From the NCBI GenBank assembly GCA_964252035.1, contig OZ176204.1: a DNA stretch of 64,000 bases. One strand, 5' to 3'. The first letter of the stretch is position 1; each line of letters starts with the position of its first letter. The DNA comes from Podarcis erhardii. Its lineage: Eukaryota. The translations under genes and the position numbers were made by a program. Below, piece by piece: positions 27,066 to 38,820 of the stretch. The notes under the pieces were generated by a model. That model worked only from the letters and a program-made list of their open reading frames with translations, was not told the origin of the DNA and did no database searches.

Positions 27066-27682
27066 TGAGGCAAATACAAATGGTACCACCACGGTTTGGT
27101 TTTGGGGAGTGTCATTTAACATTCCTGCTCTCGTTAGATACCCTCTCCTACTCTGCCCAACCTTCCAGCCTGTCACCCTGAACATCTGCATGTAGATGCT
27201 TAGGGTAACAGATGCATATATATTGGCTATTTTCAGTCTCTTTCTAAGGAATACTAAGTTCCTAAAAGTAGCATCTGCTTTTAACAGGGCTCATAACCAA
27301 TGTCTTTAGCATTAGCTGCACCTATTGACTTCACTCCTGTGCAGGAAAACAATCACTCATATTCCTATTAAATTGTAGACTTCAGTGCTCATTCCCGTTT
27401 GCTGTTCCTGGCTTGCCCCTGGGAGGTTCGACTGCAGTGTTATAAAGGCAGATCTCTGCCAAAGCATTTGCTCCTGATTGCAATGGTGGTGGGGTGGGAA
27501 GAGGAAAGAACCCATTGCCTGGGGTGGAAAACGTGTTATCTATCTATATTGATGGGTTAGGTACCAATAGCTATATGAAAGTTTGTGTGCGTTGGAATGG
27601 CCTGCCTGCAATTTACTAAAATATCTTGTTGCATGTAAAATAATCTTTCTCTGTAACAACTTTTAAATGTGTGTGATACTAG

Positions 27683-27816
27683 GTTCTTGAATATCTGAAT
27701 GATCTGAAGCAGTACTGGAAGAGAGCTTATGGGTATCCTATCAACAGCCGCTCCAGCTGCATTCTTATGCAGGATATCTTCAAACATTTGGACCAGGCTG
27801 TTACAGAGAGTAAAAG
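27683..27816 (+). CDS. MINPP1: MINPP1 exon 4 (not in the supplied ORF track)
   Basis: Acceptor atactag|, donor AAAG|gtaaaa; 134 nt. Encodes [44 protein letters not shown]; phases match exons 3 and 5. Confidence 0.96.
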
Positions 27817-27994
27817 GTAAAAAGTGTGTGGTGGTGGTGGGAAAACATACTCTGTTTCGTGGTCCCATTCTAGGTGTCACTAAAATGGTTCCACCTTCTT
27901 GAATGTGCCACAGCTGCTATTTGTGGAATGATCAATATATGTAAGCATTCTTTTTTATGTTTTAAAAGACCAAAATGAGTGTGTGCGTGTGGCA

Positions 27995-28200
27995 CAGAGC
28001 TTTCCAAACTTTTCATGTTGGTGACACACTTTTTAGACATGCATCATTTTGTGAAACAGTAATTCAGTTTTACTAGCTAACTAGAGGTTAAATTAACCCC
28101 TTTCCAGCCCCAGGAGGAGTGTGGGGAGCATTCACATGACACACCCACACACTGCAGCTAACACACTAATGTGGTGTAACATGCAATTTGAAAAGCTCTG
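27995..28200. mobile_element. hAT MITE
   Basis: TIR CAGAGCTTTCCAAA / TTTGAAAAGCTCTG; TSD GTGT(G/A)GCA. Confidence 0.88.
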
Positions 28201-28509
28201 GTGTAGCAGGTGGTGGAAGAAGGGGACAGGGAATGTGGGTTGGCGAACCTTTTTCAGCCCAAGGGTTGCATACCCTTCTGGGCTATGTTCCAGGGACAAA
28301 AAGAGGCAGAGCAACAAATTTGAATGTTAACTTTGTACAGTAGGCTAGTTTTTCTACACCCCTGCCTCTTCCTACAGTCAGAAAAGCCCAAAGCATCACA
28401 ATTCAAGGACTCATTCTAGCCAGCCAAAAGCATTTAAGGCCACAGAGCAGGGAAAGTAGCCTAGGGAGGAGGGGGCGGCCTGGAAAAAGTCCTGAATGTC
28501 AGATATAGA

Positions 28510-29003
28510 TGCTTACAAAACAAGAGGATGATTTATTGAGAGAAGTGTCTTCTACAGGACCGCCTCTCCTGGCATGCCCCATGGAGAATCTTAAGGTCCA
28601 CAAATGACACACTTTGGAGGTCCCAAGTCGCAAGGTGGTTAGATTGGTCTCAACTAGGGCCAGGGCCTTTTCAGTACTGGCCCTGATTTGGTGGAACACT
28701 CTGTCACAAGAGACCAGGGCCCTGCAGGACTTGACATCTTTCCGCAGAGCCTGTGAGACAGAGCTTTTTCACCTGGCCTTTGGTTTGGACTCAGTCTGAC
28801 CCTTATGTTTCCCTTCCCTTATGGTTTTGATCTATGGGCTACTTTTAAAATGAAGCTGCATTTTAAATTGTATTTTAACTTGTATTTTAAATTGGTTTTT
28901 TTCTTTTTCTTTTTCCTATTATGTTTTTATTGTAATTTTACTGGTGTTAGCTGCCCTGAGCCCGGCTCTAGCTGGGGAGGGCGGGGTATAAATAAAATAT
29001 ATT

Positions 29004-29042
<39 letters not shown>
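28510..29042 (+). mobile_element. L2 LINE 3' end
   Basis: RARAFSVLALIWWNTL...FRRACETELFHLAF followed by GGCGGGGTATAAATAAA and an (ATT)n tail. Confidence 0.85.
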
Positions 29043-30178
29043 GATTTAAATTCAATTGAACCGCTATGGTCACAGTTAGGTGTATGATCAGGTATTTTAT
29101 TTGGCTTGCAGCCCACTTGCGACTGATTTCCCACTTCAGTTTGGATCTGTGGCAAAACCTCCCTTTAGTTTGTTTCTGGATGCCTGGATATCAAACACAT
29201 GACTATAACTTTTTATATTCTAAAATGAGTGGAGAACATATGGTGTCCGTTCTTTAGTGAGCATTTATTTTGAATCATTTGCAGAAAGGCAGTATGACTT
29301 CCCATCAAACATTATCCCAGTTTTTAGGGCCCTTCCCTGTCACTTTCCTTACTGCAATAAGTCATTTTTATTTTTTTAAAAAATGGATTTGTTGCACCAG
29401 AGCACTTTAAATTGTGCAGAAGACCTAAATATCCATAAGCTGTTGAATCCCTCCTGAAAAATAGTGCCAGTCTGTAGGCAGCTGATTGTTAAACAACAAA
29501 AAGCTGCAGGAGATCCCAGTTATGAATTGCCTGCATCGTGTCTAGATTTGATATAATTAGGAGCTTTGTGAAACAGTGCTGTTCCTTTTCCTAACAGTTG
29601 ATGGCAGTATAAACAGAAGATTCTAATCTAAATTTTGAATAGGTTTCTCTTAACTAAGCGTAGTAAACTAAAGTACCTAATTGCCTCTTTCACCTACCAG
29701 CTTTTTCTGAATACTGATCATTGTTTATCCTGACAAGGGAGCAGAGGGCAGCTGTTGCCTTCTATGGAGGGTGAGTTGAGACACACATGGAAACAAAGTG
29801 ACTTGCCGTATGTGACACTTAGAATCGAGTAGATAAGTTTAACTTCCAGCCACTAATCCCCAATTAAAGCTGCAGCTAGATGAGATAACGTATGCAGAGC
29901 TAATGTAAAATAACAAGCCACTATTTATCTATCATTTTTCTATTAAAATGTACTTAGTATGGAATAGTAGAGTATTTAATCAGTGTTACTTGTACCAAGA
30001 GGCAAACAGTTCTTTCCCACAACATGAATTAATGTTTAAAAAACACTGTGAAATCATTGGAAGTCTTTAAACTCTGTTTTAATTTGGGGTAGAACTTAAT
30101 TTTCTTCCATGCGAAGGTAAGATTTTGAGAAGTGCCCATCTCTAGATATGCCCTATTCCACAATTCCATTCAGTATCA

Positions 30179-30181
<3 letters not shown>

Positions 30182-30219
<38 letters not shown>
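30182..30219. repeat. (AT)19 microsatellite at the 5' junction of the Penelope fragment
   Basis: Direct reading. Confidence 0.95.
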
Positions 30220-30221
<2 letters not shown>

Positions 30222-31101
30222 TTTCGTAGATTGGACAAACAAACAGACGAATAAATGCACGTATCGCAGAACACAAGAATGCCGTCAAAAAAGAAGAAAA
30301 AACTTCCTCTCTTTTCCAACACATGAAAGAAACAGGACACGAAATTAATTTTGCAGATTCCAAATTGCTCTTTAACACGGAACATCACCACAAGAGAATA
30401 ATCATGGAAGCCATCGAGATAGAGAAACACCCTCACAACATGAACAAGCGTGACGACACATCCCGCTTGCCAGACATCTGGAAATTAGCCCTCCCCACAA
30501 AAACTGACACCAGATCCAGAGGCACACAGAACGCCAACACCAATCAACCACACCAGACCCAAACCCAGACCCTCTCCACAGATGAATTACAGACACCATC
30601 CAGTAGCCAATCCATGGTGGCACCTCCGGATGCTGCACCCCCCTGCAATCCCTACACAGATCTGGCTGACACAAGCCACAAAACCACAGCTCGCCCCTAT
30701 ACACGAAGCCAAGCCAGAGCACAACTAAGTACAGTACAGCCATCTTCTCAGGAAAACTCTTCACAAAGTTCAAGAGGTCAAGACACAAAGACTTTAGCAA
30801 CTAATCCACACCTAATGACCCACCTAAGTGGTACTCAGGATATCACTCAAGAAATCACTCAAGATATCTCTCAAGTAATTAAGGAACAAAAGAAGAAAAG
30901 GCACACTAGCCTGGGAACTTCCTCTCTGCCCAGAACATTGGAGGCTATACACCACACCCCCTCTACAGTATTTATAGGAACTCAAACACTGAGATCCTGC
31001 TCTGTTCCAGTAACAAGAAGCCGAAAGCACCAGCCTGAAGATGACGAGTGAGACCTCGTCGAAACGTCGCCTAGACACCCCAACTTTTACACGGGAAGAC
31101 A
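30220..31101 (+). mobile_element. Penelope-like element 3' fragment (GIY-YIG endonuclease remnant plus pLTR region), cut by a gap
   Basis: (stop)IGQTNRRINARIAEHKNAVKK...LFQHMKETGHEINF...RIIMEAIEIEKHPHNMNKRD is typical of Penelope GIY-YIG domains; ends in a CTGAAGATG...GAAACGTC motif. Confidence 0.88.
31035..31068 (+). ncRNA. Minimal hammerhead-ribozyme-like motif in the Penelope element
   Basis: CUGAAGA-U-[GACGAG ugagac CUCGUC]-GAAA-CGUC. Perfect 6-bp stem II and palindromic ACGU stem III; stem I is weak in this copy. Confidence 0.6.
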
Positions 31102-31243
31102 NNNNNNNNNNNNNNNNNNNNNNNNNNNNNNNNNNNNNNNNNNNNNNNNNNNNNNNNNNNNNNNNNNNNNNNNNNNNNNNNNNNNNNNNNNNNNNNNNNN
31201 NNNNNNNNNNNNNNNNNNNNNNNNNNNNNNNNNNNNNNNNNNN
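31102..31243. other. Assembly gap (142 N)
   Basis: N run. Confidence 1.
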
Positions 31244-31248
31244 TAAGC

Positions 31249-31354
31249 CAGGCATAGGCAAACTCCCATCATCCCTAGCTAACAGGACCAGTGGTCAGGG
31301 ATGATGGGAGTTGTAGTCCCAAAGCATCTGGAGGGCCGAGTTTGCCTATGCCTG
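31249..31354. mobile_element. Palindromic hAT MITE with a left-arm deletion
   Basis: TIR CAGGCATAGGCAAACTC / GAGTTTGCCTATGCCTG; TSD GACTAAGC on the right, with TAAGC visible on the left after the gap. Confidence 0.85.
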
Positions 31355-31562
31355 GACTAAGCTACATAGAAACATACAATTGTAGAGTTGGAAAGGACCC
31401 CAAGTGTCATCTAGTCTAGCCCCCTGCAATGCAGGAATCTCAAGCAAAGCATCCAAGGCAGATGCATAGTTGCTTCATAATTTCTTCCTCCTCACTTCGT
31501 AAATTGTTTCCCCCCCCCCTTAAGAATTTTAATTTGTATATGATATGTTTATTATAAGGTTA

Positions 31563-31925
31563 GGTAAAGGTAAAGGGACCCCTGACCATTAGGTTCAGTC
31601 GTGACTGACTCTGGGCTTGCACGCTCATCTCGCTCTATAGGCCGAGGGAGCTGGCGTTTGTCCACAGACAGCTTCCGGGTGATGTGGCCAGCATGACTAA
31701 GCCGCTTCTGGCGAACCGGAGCAGCACACGGAAACACCGTTTACCTTCCCACTGGAGCGGTCCCTATTTATCTACTTGCACATGACATGCTTTTGAACTG
31801 CTAGGTTGGCAGGAGCTGGGACCGAACAACAGGAGCTCACCCCGTCGCGGGGATTCGAACCGCCGACCTTCTGATTGGCAAGTCCTAGGCTCTGTGGTTT
31901 AACCCACAGCGCTACCCGCGTCACC
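31563..31925 (-). mobile_element. Sauria SINE (Squam1), MINPP1 intron 4
   Basis: 13-bp TSD TATTATAAGGTTA at 31550-31562 and 31926-31938. Confidence 0.96.
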
Positions 31926-32148
31926 TATTATAAGGTTAACCCTGCCTTAATAGAGTGACCATATGCAAAGGAAAGCACTGCTTCTGTGCTTTTTAACTGA
32001 GGGAGGAATTTCAGCAGGTGCAGCCTATCCTATGCATGTATAAGAGACACTTCGTGTGCTTAAATCTTCTTCTACACAACTTTTAAACATTCAGAAGTTC
32101 AATTGGGTTATTCAGCATTGTGATTCATTAATACCTTATGACCAAGGA

Positions 32149-32294
32149 NNNNNNNNNNNNNNNNNNNNNNNNNNNNNNNNNNNNNNNNNNNNNNNNNNNN
32201 NNNNNNNNNNNNNNNNNNNNNNNNNNNNNNNNNNNNNNNNNNNNNNNNNNNNNNNNNNNNNNNNNNNNNNNNNNNNNNNNNNNNNNNNNNNNNN
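32149..32294. other. Assembly gap (146 N)
   Basis: N run. Confidence 1.
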
Positions 32295-34004
32295 GAGGGA
32301 TCACTATTTGACATCAGAAGACAGCCTTATTATTGACCCTATATGAGATATGCTCCTCTGTGTATTAATCTTTGTGTGTTTAGGGATTAGCTTTGTTTGG
32401 AATGGCTTTACGGAATGTTTAATTATATAACCTTGTAAAGATTTTTAAGAGCTCTAAACAGTTTAGGGGAGAAATTGACTTGTCCCAACCGAAGTGACTT
32501 TTAAAACTGCATCCTGAGGTTGAGGAACAACTTCTCTCATTTGATTCCTATCGGAAGTTAAGACTCCACCTGGTGGACCGTAGCCACAGCCTCAGCTTCT
32601 GAACAACGCACACTGAACATTTCAAAGCCCTGTGAAGTGAATGGTTGCGCTTCTGTTGTGGATTCCATTTATTTTTACAAAGACATGGCCATGTTTTTAG
32701 TCCTCTTGCGTGCTATAGAAAGAAATTGAAGAAAACTTAGAAGGAGCAATGGCAGTCCTCATAGTTGGAATCATGGAATTGCAGAGTTGGAAGGGATCCC
32801 AAGGTTCATCTAGTCCAACTATACTGTACCTGCAAACCCAGTGACCTTTGTGACGCTATCAGCTGGCAGCTGATGTTCGAATGGAGATAATGCATTACAT
32901 TCTCTTCCTTACTGAGAACAGTACACAGATCAGAGCTGTTGGGTTGTCATCGGGCCAACAGGTGGTAGGGAGGGCAGCATTAGGGTTGGTTTGAGAATTC
33001 AGTGTTGAGCTGTGAGTGCCGAGTTCTGTCACCGTTGCCTTATAAGCTTGGTGCCAATTTCTGCCTATTTTTTGTCTTCCTGCGTAGTACTGCTTTACAA
33101 GCATAACTGAACGCAGTAAGGCATGTGTATGCGTAAGACATGGACAGGTTTACACTGTCAGATACTTTTCAGAAGGGCAGGGAGAAGCAGAGCAAGAACT
33201 GAAGACACTACCACTATAGTCAGATAGCTCCAGTGTTATTTCATCAGATTCAGCCTTTGCCAATACAGTGTCCTTCAAATGCTCTAGGGCTACAAGGGCT
33301 ACAACTCCCAACATGCTGCCTGGAATTGAGTTTTACACTGAGCTTTCTTCTTCATTGCAGCTTAGAAATGAGAGGGTAGCTTCTAGTTATTATATCATTT
33401 CAAAAGGCATTTGGTAGTCAACAGAAGGAGTAACAGGAGTCATTTAACAACGATTGAAGTTGAGATTATGTACCTTCCCTCTTCTGAGTCATACCATCTG
33501 TCCATCTTCGAGAACAGTGTTCCTCAACCTTCGGTTCCCAGGTAACGTTGGACCACGACTACATCCCTGACCACTGGCTAACTGGATGGATCCAAGGTTG
33601 AAGAACACTGCTCTAGAGGGTGGGGAATCTTTTCCTGGGGCCATATTGAAAGCTCCCACTTCCTCTCATGGGCCATCGTGACAGGTAGATGGGGTCCAAT
33701 GGGAACTCCGATGCCCGCAGACTTGCTGATTTGCACTGACAGCAAGCCTTGCTTTGTCAAGGAACAATAGAGAGTGCTCTCTAAGGCTCCTAATTGTTGG
33801 CAAACACGTCTCTACCTGCTCCACACTTAACATCGCAGATAATATCAGGTGTCGGGCAGGTTGGTGTGGCTTGGGGAAAATGGTCTCATAGACCAAACTG
33901 GAACCCATGCTGGGCCTGACTAGACTTGTAGACCGGAGGTTACCCATCTCTGCTGTAGAGTCTAGACTGGGACTGGTGGTATTTGAAGTCCAAAACACCT
34001 GAAG

Positions 34005-34140
34005 CAGGCTTCCTCAAACTCAGCCCTCCAGATGTTTTGAGACTACAATTCCCATCATCCCTGACCACTGGTCCTGCTAGCTAGGGATCATGGGAGTTGT
34101 AGACCAAAAACATCTGGAGGGCTGAGTTTGAGGAAGCCTG
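34005..34140. mobile_element. Palindromic hAT MITE nested in an older related MITE
   Basis: TIR CAGGCTTCCTCAAACTC; flanks ACCTGAAG / ATCTGGAG lie within a degraded MITE arm. Confidence 0.88.
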
Positions 34141-34956
34141 ATCTGGAGAGTGCCAGATTGACCAAGGCCGATCCAGCCCTGTGTTATGTATTGTGACTTG
34201 CAGCAGCTCACCCAATAGCAAGGGATAGGTTTTAGGGTTTCTGAACACATCTTGACAGCTTGGTGGCAAGGTATTCTGTGTGCTGAATTGACTTTGGGAT
34301 ACCCACTTCCGATTCTTTGAAACAGAAATAAAACTTTAAAATGCCAGCATGTAAATTCAGATTTTATTGTTTTCTGATATCTCTTTACTGAATGGGTTTG
34401 TACATTACTCCCAAACTCTTATTACACAAGCTAGAGAATTTTGGATTTTGTTGTTGTTGTTTAGTCGTTTAGTCGTGTCCGACTCTTCGTGACCCCATGG
34501 ACCAGAGCACGCCAGGCACTCCTGTCTTCCACTGCCTCCCACAGTTTGGTCAGAAGATAATTTTGGATACAGTGGACTATCTCATTAGGCATTAAACTCC
34601 TGAGTTCATGCTTGAGAGAAACGCCTTCTTTCTAAACCAGTCAGACACTGCCTTCATTTGTGGGTGAGGCTTCTAAGCTGGCAGCCAACAGATGAAAATG
34701 CCAAAGATCACCTTTTGCCTAAAGAAAAAGAACAAAGATCTGTTTGCTATGATAGTTTACTAAACAGAAAGCAATTTGTGCTGTTCTTTCAGATGTCAGA
34801 TGTTGGCAGAAACATTTCTGCTCCCAGAATTTTGATACTGATTTCTGATCAGTGTCCAAAAATGTGCGACAGCACATTGGTACAGGCTTCATTTATTTGA
34901 GTTTTATGTTAGAGTTACCTAGCTTATTCTTATGCGCCTTATTAGGCTATGCATCA

Positions 34957-35195
34957 CCTGCCAACCTAGCAATTTGAAAGCACGTCAAAGTGCAAGTAGA
35001 TAAATAGGTACCGCTCTGGTGGAAAGGTAAACGGCGTTTCCGTACGCTGCTCTGGTTCGCCAGAAGTGGCTTAGTCATGCTGGCCACATGACCTGGAAGC
35101 TGTATGCCGGCTCCCTCAGCCAATAAAGCAAAATGAGCGTCACAACCCCAGAGTCGGCCACGACTGGACCTTATGGTCAGGGGTCCCTTTACCTT
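34957..35195 (+). mobile_element. 5'-truncated Sauria SINE
   Basis: 14-bp TSD TAGGCTATGCATCA at 34943-34956 and 35196-35209. Confidence 0.95.
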
Positions 35196-37549
35196 TAGGC
35201 TATGCATCAGAGAAACCTGAATGTAAGAAGCATGTACTAAGAAGCACTAGCCACATGGCAAAGACTATAGGAAGCAATGACTTTGGTAAAGGAGGCATCT
35301 CATCAAACAGCTAAAATGTTCATCCTGACCAAAGACTAAATTCACTTGTGTTGGTTTTCTTAATAAAATAAAATAAAAGAAAGAAAAAAGAAGGAAATTT
35401 GGTATTTGTTGCTTGCATTGGGTCAGTAATTGTGGGAAAGGGGAAATTGTATACCTTCATTTCCTTATGTAAAAACAGTTTTTAGTCTGATTTCTTGGGC
35501 TTGCTAAATCACAGTATTGTGGGGAATTTCTTCTGTACTACCCCACCATAAGCACAAAAATATGTATATGAATTCTTGGAGAAATGAGTAATCTATCTTA
35601 TTTCCTTAAAGCTTTCCGGTTATAAAGAACTGAGGATATAACATAACTTATGCAGTACTTTATTATGTCAAAGTGTCATTTTTAAACTTCAGAAGCAGGA
35701 TACTTCAAAGCATTCTTCTCTAAATGGGACAGGTCAAACAAGTAGTTGCATTTTATTTCCTTTTTGATGTTACAGGTTAACATGAAGTACCAAGAACTTT
35801 CCTCTGTTGAATTAAAAACTGTATTTTCGCTTTGGCTTGTTGCTTGGCCTTCGTATGCTTGTCATAGCTGCTGCTAATAATTCTAAGGCTTGAAAGTTTT
35901 TACATTTAATTGTGATGAAAACCTGGATTTATGAACTGGGCTTTGTTTATTCCATTCACAAAACACAACATATGTCAAGCATGGCATCCCCTAATGCAAA
36001 TTATAGTTACATCTGTATGTTCCTTTATAAAGATTATGTTACAAGCTTCTAAAGGTAGGGACAGCATAATTTGATAAGTATCTTATCAAGCTTACTACTG
36101 AGAAGCTTGGTTTAGCTGGAACTCTAAACATACTTACTCATTTCTTAAAATGTATACACCGCTTGATGCGGGGGGCACACCTCAAAGCAGTTTACAAAAA
36201 GATAAAACTGAGAAAAATCCACAACCTTACTTCAAAGCATACAAAGAATAAAAATACTGGAGTTGACATTCTGCTTTACTATAACATGAGCACATGGAAT
36301 CATGAGTAGCATGGGATCTTGGACCTTTAAATTTTCTAAAAAATATATTAACTATAAATAGTAGTGATGATAATAGTTTTGGGGAGAAGAAACTAGACAG
36401 CTGCTTTTGCATTACTTTTTTATATTGTACCATCACCGCGGTACATTAGAGTTACATAAGCAACATAGACGCTGTAGGAACTTACAATCTGAAATGAAAC
36501 AGGCATTTGGTCAGTTGACTGTCAAGGTGGAGGAGTGGGCAGAGATAAAATGAGAAATAGGAGTCAAAATATAGGTTGAGCAGGGGCAGAGAGAGGCCTT
36601 GAAGGCCAGGCTTTCTGTTGACTATAGAAGATCATGGGAAGTCAGGGAAGGAAACAAATGATGTGGTCAGATCAGTGAGAAATGAGAATAATTTTGGTTT
36701 TGGTTTCTCGATATACGGGAGAGGACTAAGATGTGAAAGAGGAAGAGGCCAGAGGGCTTACATAAACCAGAGTTGTAGCCACGAGGACAGAGAGGAACAG
36801 TTGGATTTTTAGTATGTTGTACAGGGAGAAAGGTCCATAACATGGCCGTTCTAAACAGGTGGGTAGCAGTGGAAAGAAACTAATCCAAGAGAAGCTGTGA
36901 CACTTTGCCTGGACAATAGGATGAATGAAGTCGTCGCCATTCATGTGCCAAAAAAATCACTACAGAATGAGCACATCATCTGTAGATGAGTTGCGAGTTG
37001 CACATTCTCTGCTTTGCCATTCATTCTCTTTAGAGAATTGATCTCTTCCACTGCACCCCAATATCCACATGATCTCAGCTGTAACTGCAGGTCATCTCTT
37101 AACCGGGAATGAGATTGAACTCTGTAATCTTCTAGTTCTTTTCTTTAAAATAACATGTTGTTGTTGTTGTTGTTTTAAAAATGATTTCTTGACCAAGAGT
37201 TTTTTAGCAGTCAAATGCCATTCCTACGATTCAGACCACCAAAAGTAAAACAACTCTATTACAGTAGCATAGTTTGCTAATTCTTGTAACTATACAGTAG
37301 TTGTGCCTCACTGCTTGGAACTCCACTACATTAGTAAAAAAACACCGTTTTGAATGCGTTATAAACATGCAACACCAGATGGTGTTGGAGAGTGAAAAAA
37401 AATTATGTGATTTTCCATAGCGTTTCTTTTTCTTTTGTTATAACGATTTAATTTCTGACTTATTTATAGCGTGTTTTCCCCCGAATGTGTAGATCCACCC
37501 TTAGATTCATCTGACTAACCATCTTTTGCTTGGCTTTTAAACTTTCTAG

Positions 37550-37961
37550 TTCGAAGCCTATTTCCTCTCCCGTGATCCTCCAGTTTGGACATGCAGAAAC
37601 CCTTCAACCTCTCCTTGCTCTCATGGGCTACTTCAAAGACGAAGAGCCTCTTAAAGCTAACAACTACCACAGGCAGATGCACCGGAAATTTCGTAGTGGC
37701 CGCATTGTCCCTTATGCCGCAAACCTGTTGTTTGTGCTTTATCACTGTGATCAAGCCGCAACTCCAAAGGAAGAGTACAAGATCCAGATACTGCTCAACG
37801 AGAAGCTGCTGCAATTTCCACACACGGGAGAAACAGTTGCTTTGTACACCGACCTGAAAAACCACTATAATGAAGCCCTCCAAAATTGTCACTTTTCTGA
37901 AGTGTGCGACATGCCAAAAAATACTACTGAAGGTGATCTGCATATAAAGGGGACAAAGTAG
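37550..37961 (+). CDS. MINPP1: MINPP1 exon 5 (last coding exon; HAET motif)
   Basis: Acceptor actttctag|T; encodes [24 protein letters not shown]...[20 protein letters not shown]...[18 protein letters not shown], stop TAG 37959-37961. Spliced CDS 595+198+98+134+412=1437 nt (478 aa). Confidence 0.96.
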
Positions 37962-38820
37962 AGGAAGCGTTTTTTGTGTGTGGAAGTGTTTGATAAAATG
38001 TAGCTCTTTTGCTTTTGCTACTTTTTAGGAAGATGTACCATCACACTTTAAAAAAACAACTTCATAAACTGGTTTCTCAAATTCAAAAACAAAATTACAA
38101 AAACAAAGATACAGGACATCTCAAAACATTCAAACAAACCTCTGAAGCTGTTTCTGGGGGGAAAAGCTGCCTTTTTTAGGATCAAGAATGATCTAGGTGT
38201 AACCACATGGTATTTGGCATACAGTTTACTTCATAGCTATGCCAGTTATTTAATGTGAATAGTTTGGAAGTTATTGTGGATCTCAATTGCTGCTTCACTG
38301 GAATATTCACTTGTGAATACAGCCTCTTATCTACAAACATCTCCTAAGTACAAACATCTCTTATATAAGATTCCAGGTGGTTTTCATGGTTATGTTTTAC
38401 AAAAATAATTGGTTTTTGCCAAGTATTTTGGAGACCTTGCATAAAAGGTTGCATCTAGTTAAGTTATACTCAAAATAGTCCACTGAAATAATGGACTTTA
38501 CTAATTACTGTTTTTAATGGGTCTGCTCTGAATATGACCTATTTGCGCACAACCCCAAAATTGTAAAGCAATAGGAGAATACTAGTGCTGCTTAATCTAT
38601 TTTCATAATTCAGTCTTTTTGGTGTTTTGTTTTGGTAGCTTTTGCCCAGCAATAATGTGGCTCTGCGGCTTCAAAAAGAGGCGTCGTACGTTTGCCAATT
38701 GGGCAGATGCCAATCTGTGACGGGCATTCAGGTACTCTATAATAATAACATTGAAGAGAAGGGGGTCACTGCTTTGAGTTCAGTTTCAAAACGAACAAAA
38801 TTACTCAGCTAGAGAGAGCA

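Noticed and set aside
32895-33300. Protein-looking minus-strand frame in MINPP1 intron 4
   Set aside because: Interrupted by a stop, and its upstream part derives from a MITE arm.
37962-38003. Stop-codon readthrough, or the weak internal donor GAAG|GTGATC, as a route to restore an XDEL end
   Set aside because: Readthrough gives RKRFLCVEVFDKM*, and I found no downstream exon encoding DEL followed by a stop. Not fully excluded without RNA data.
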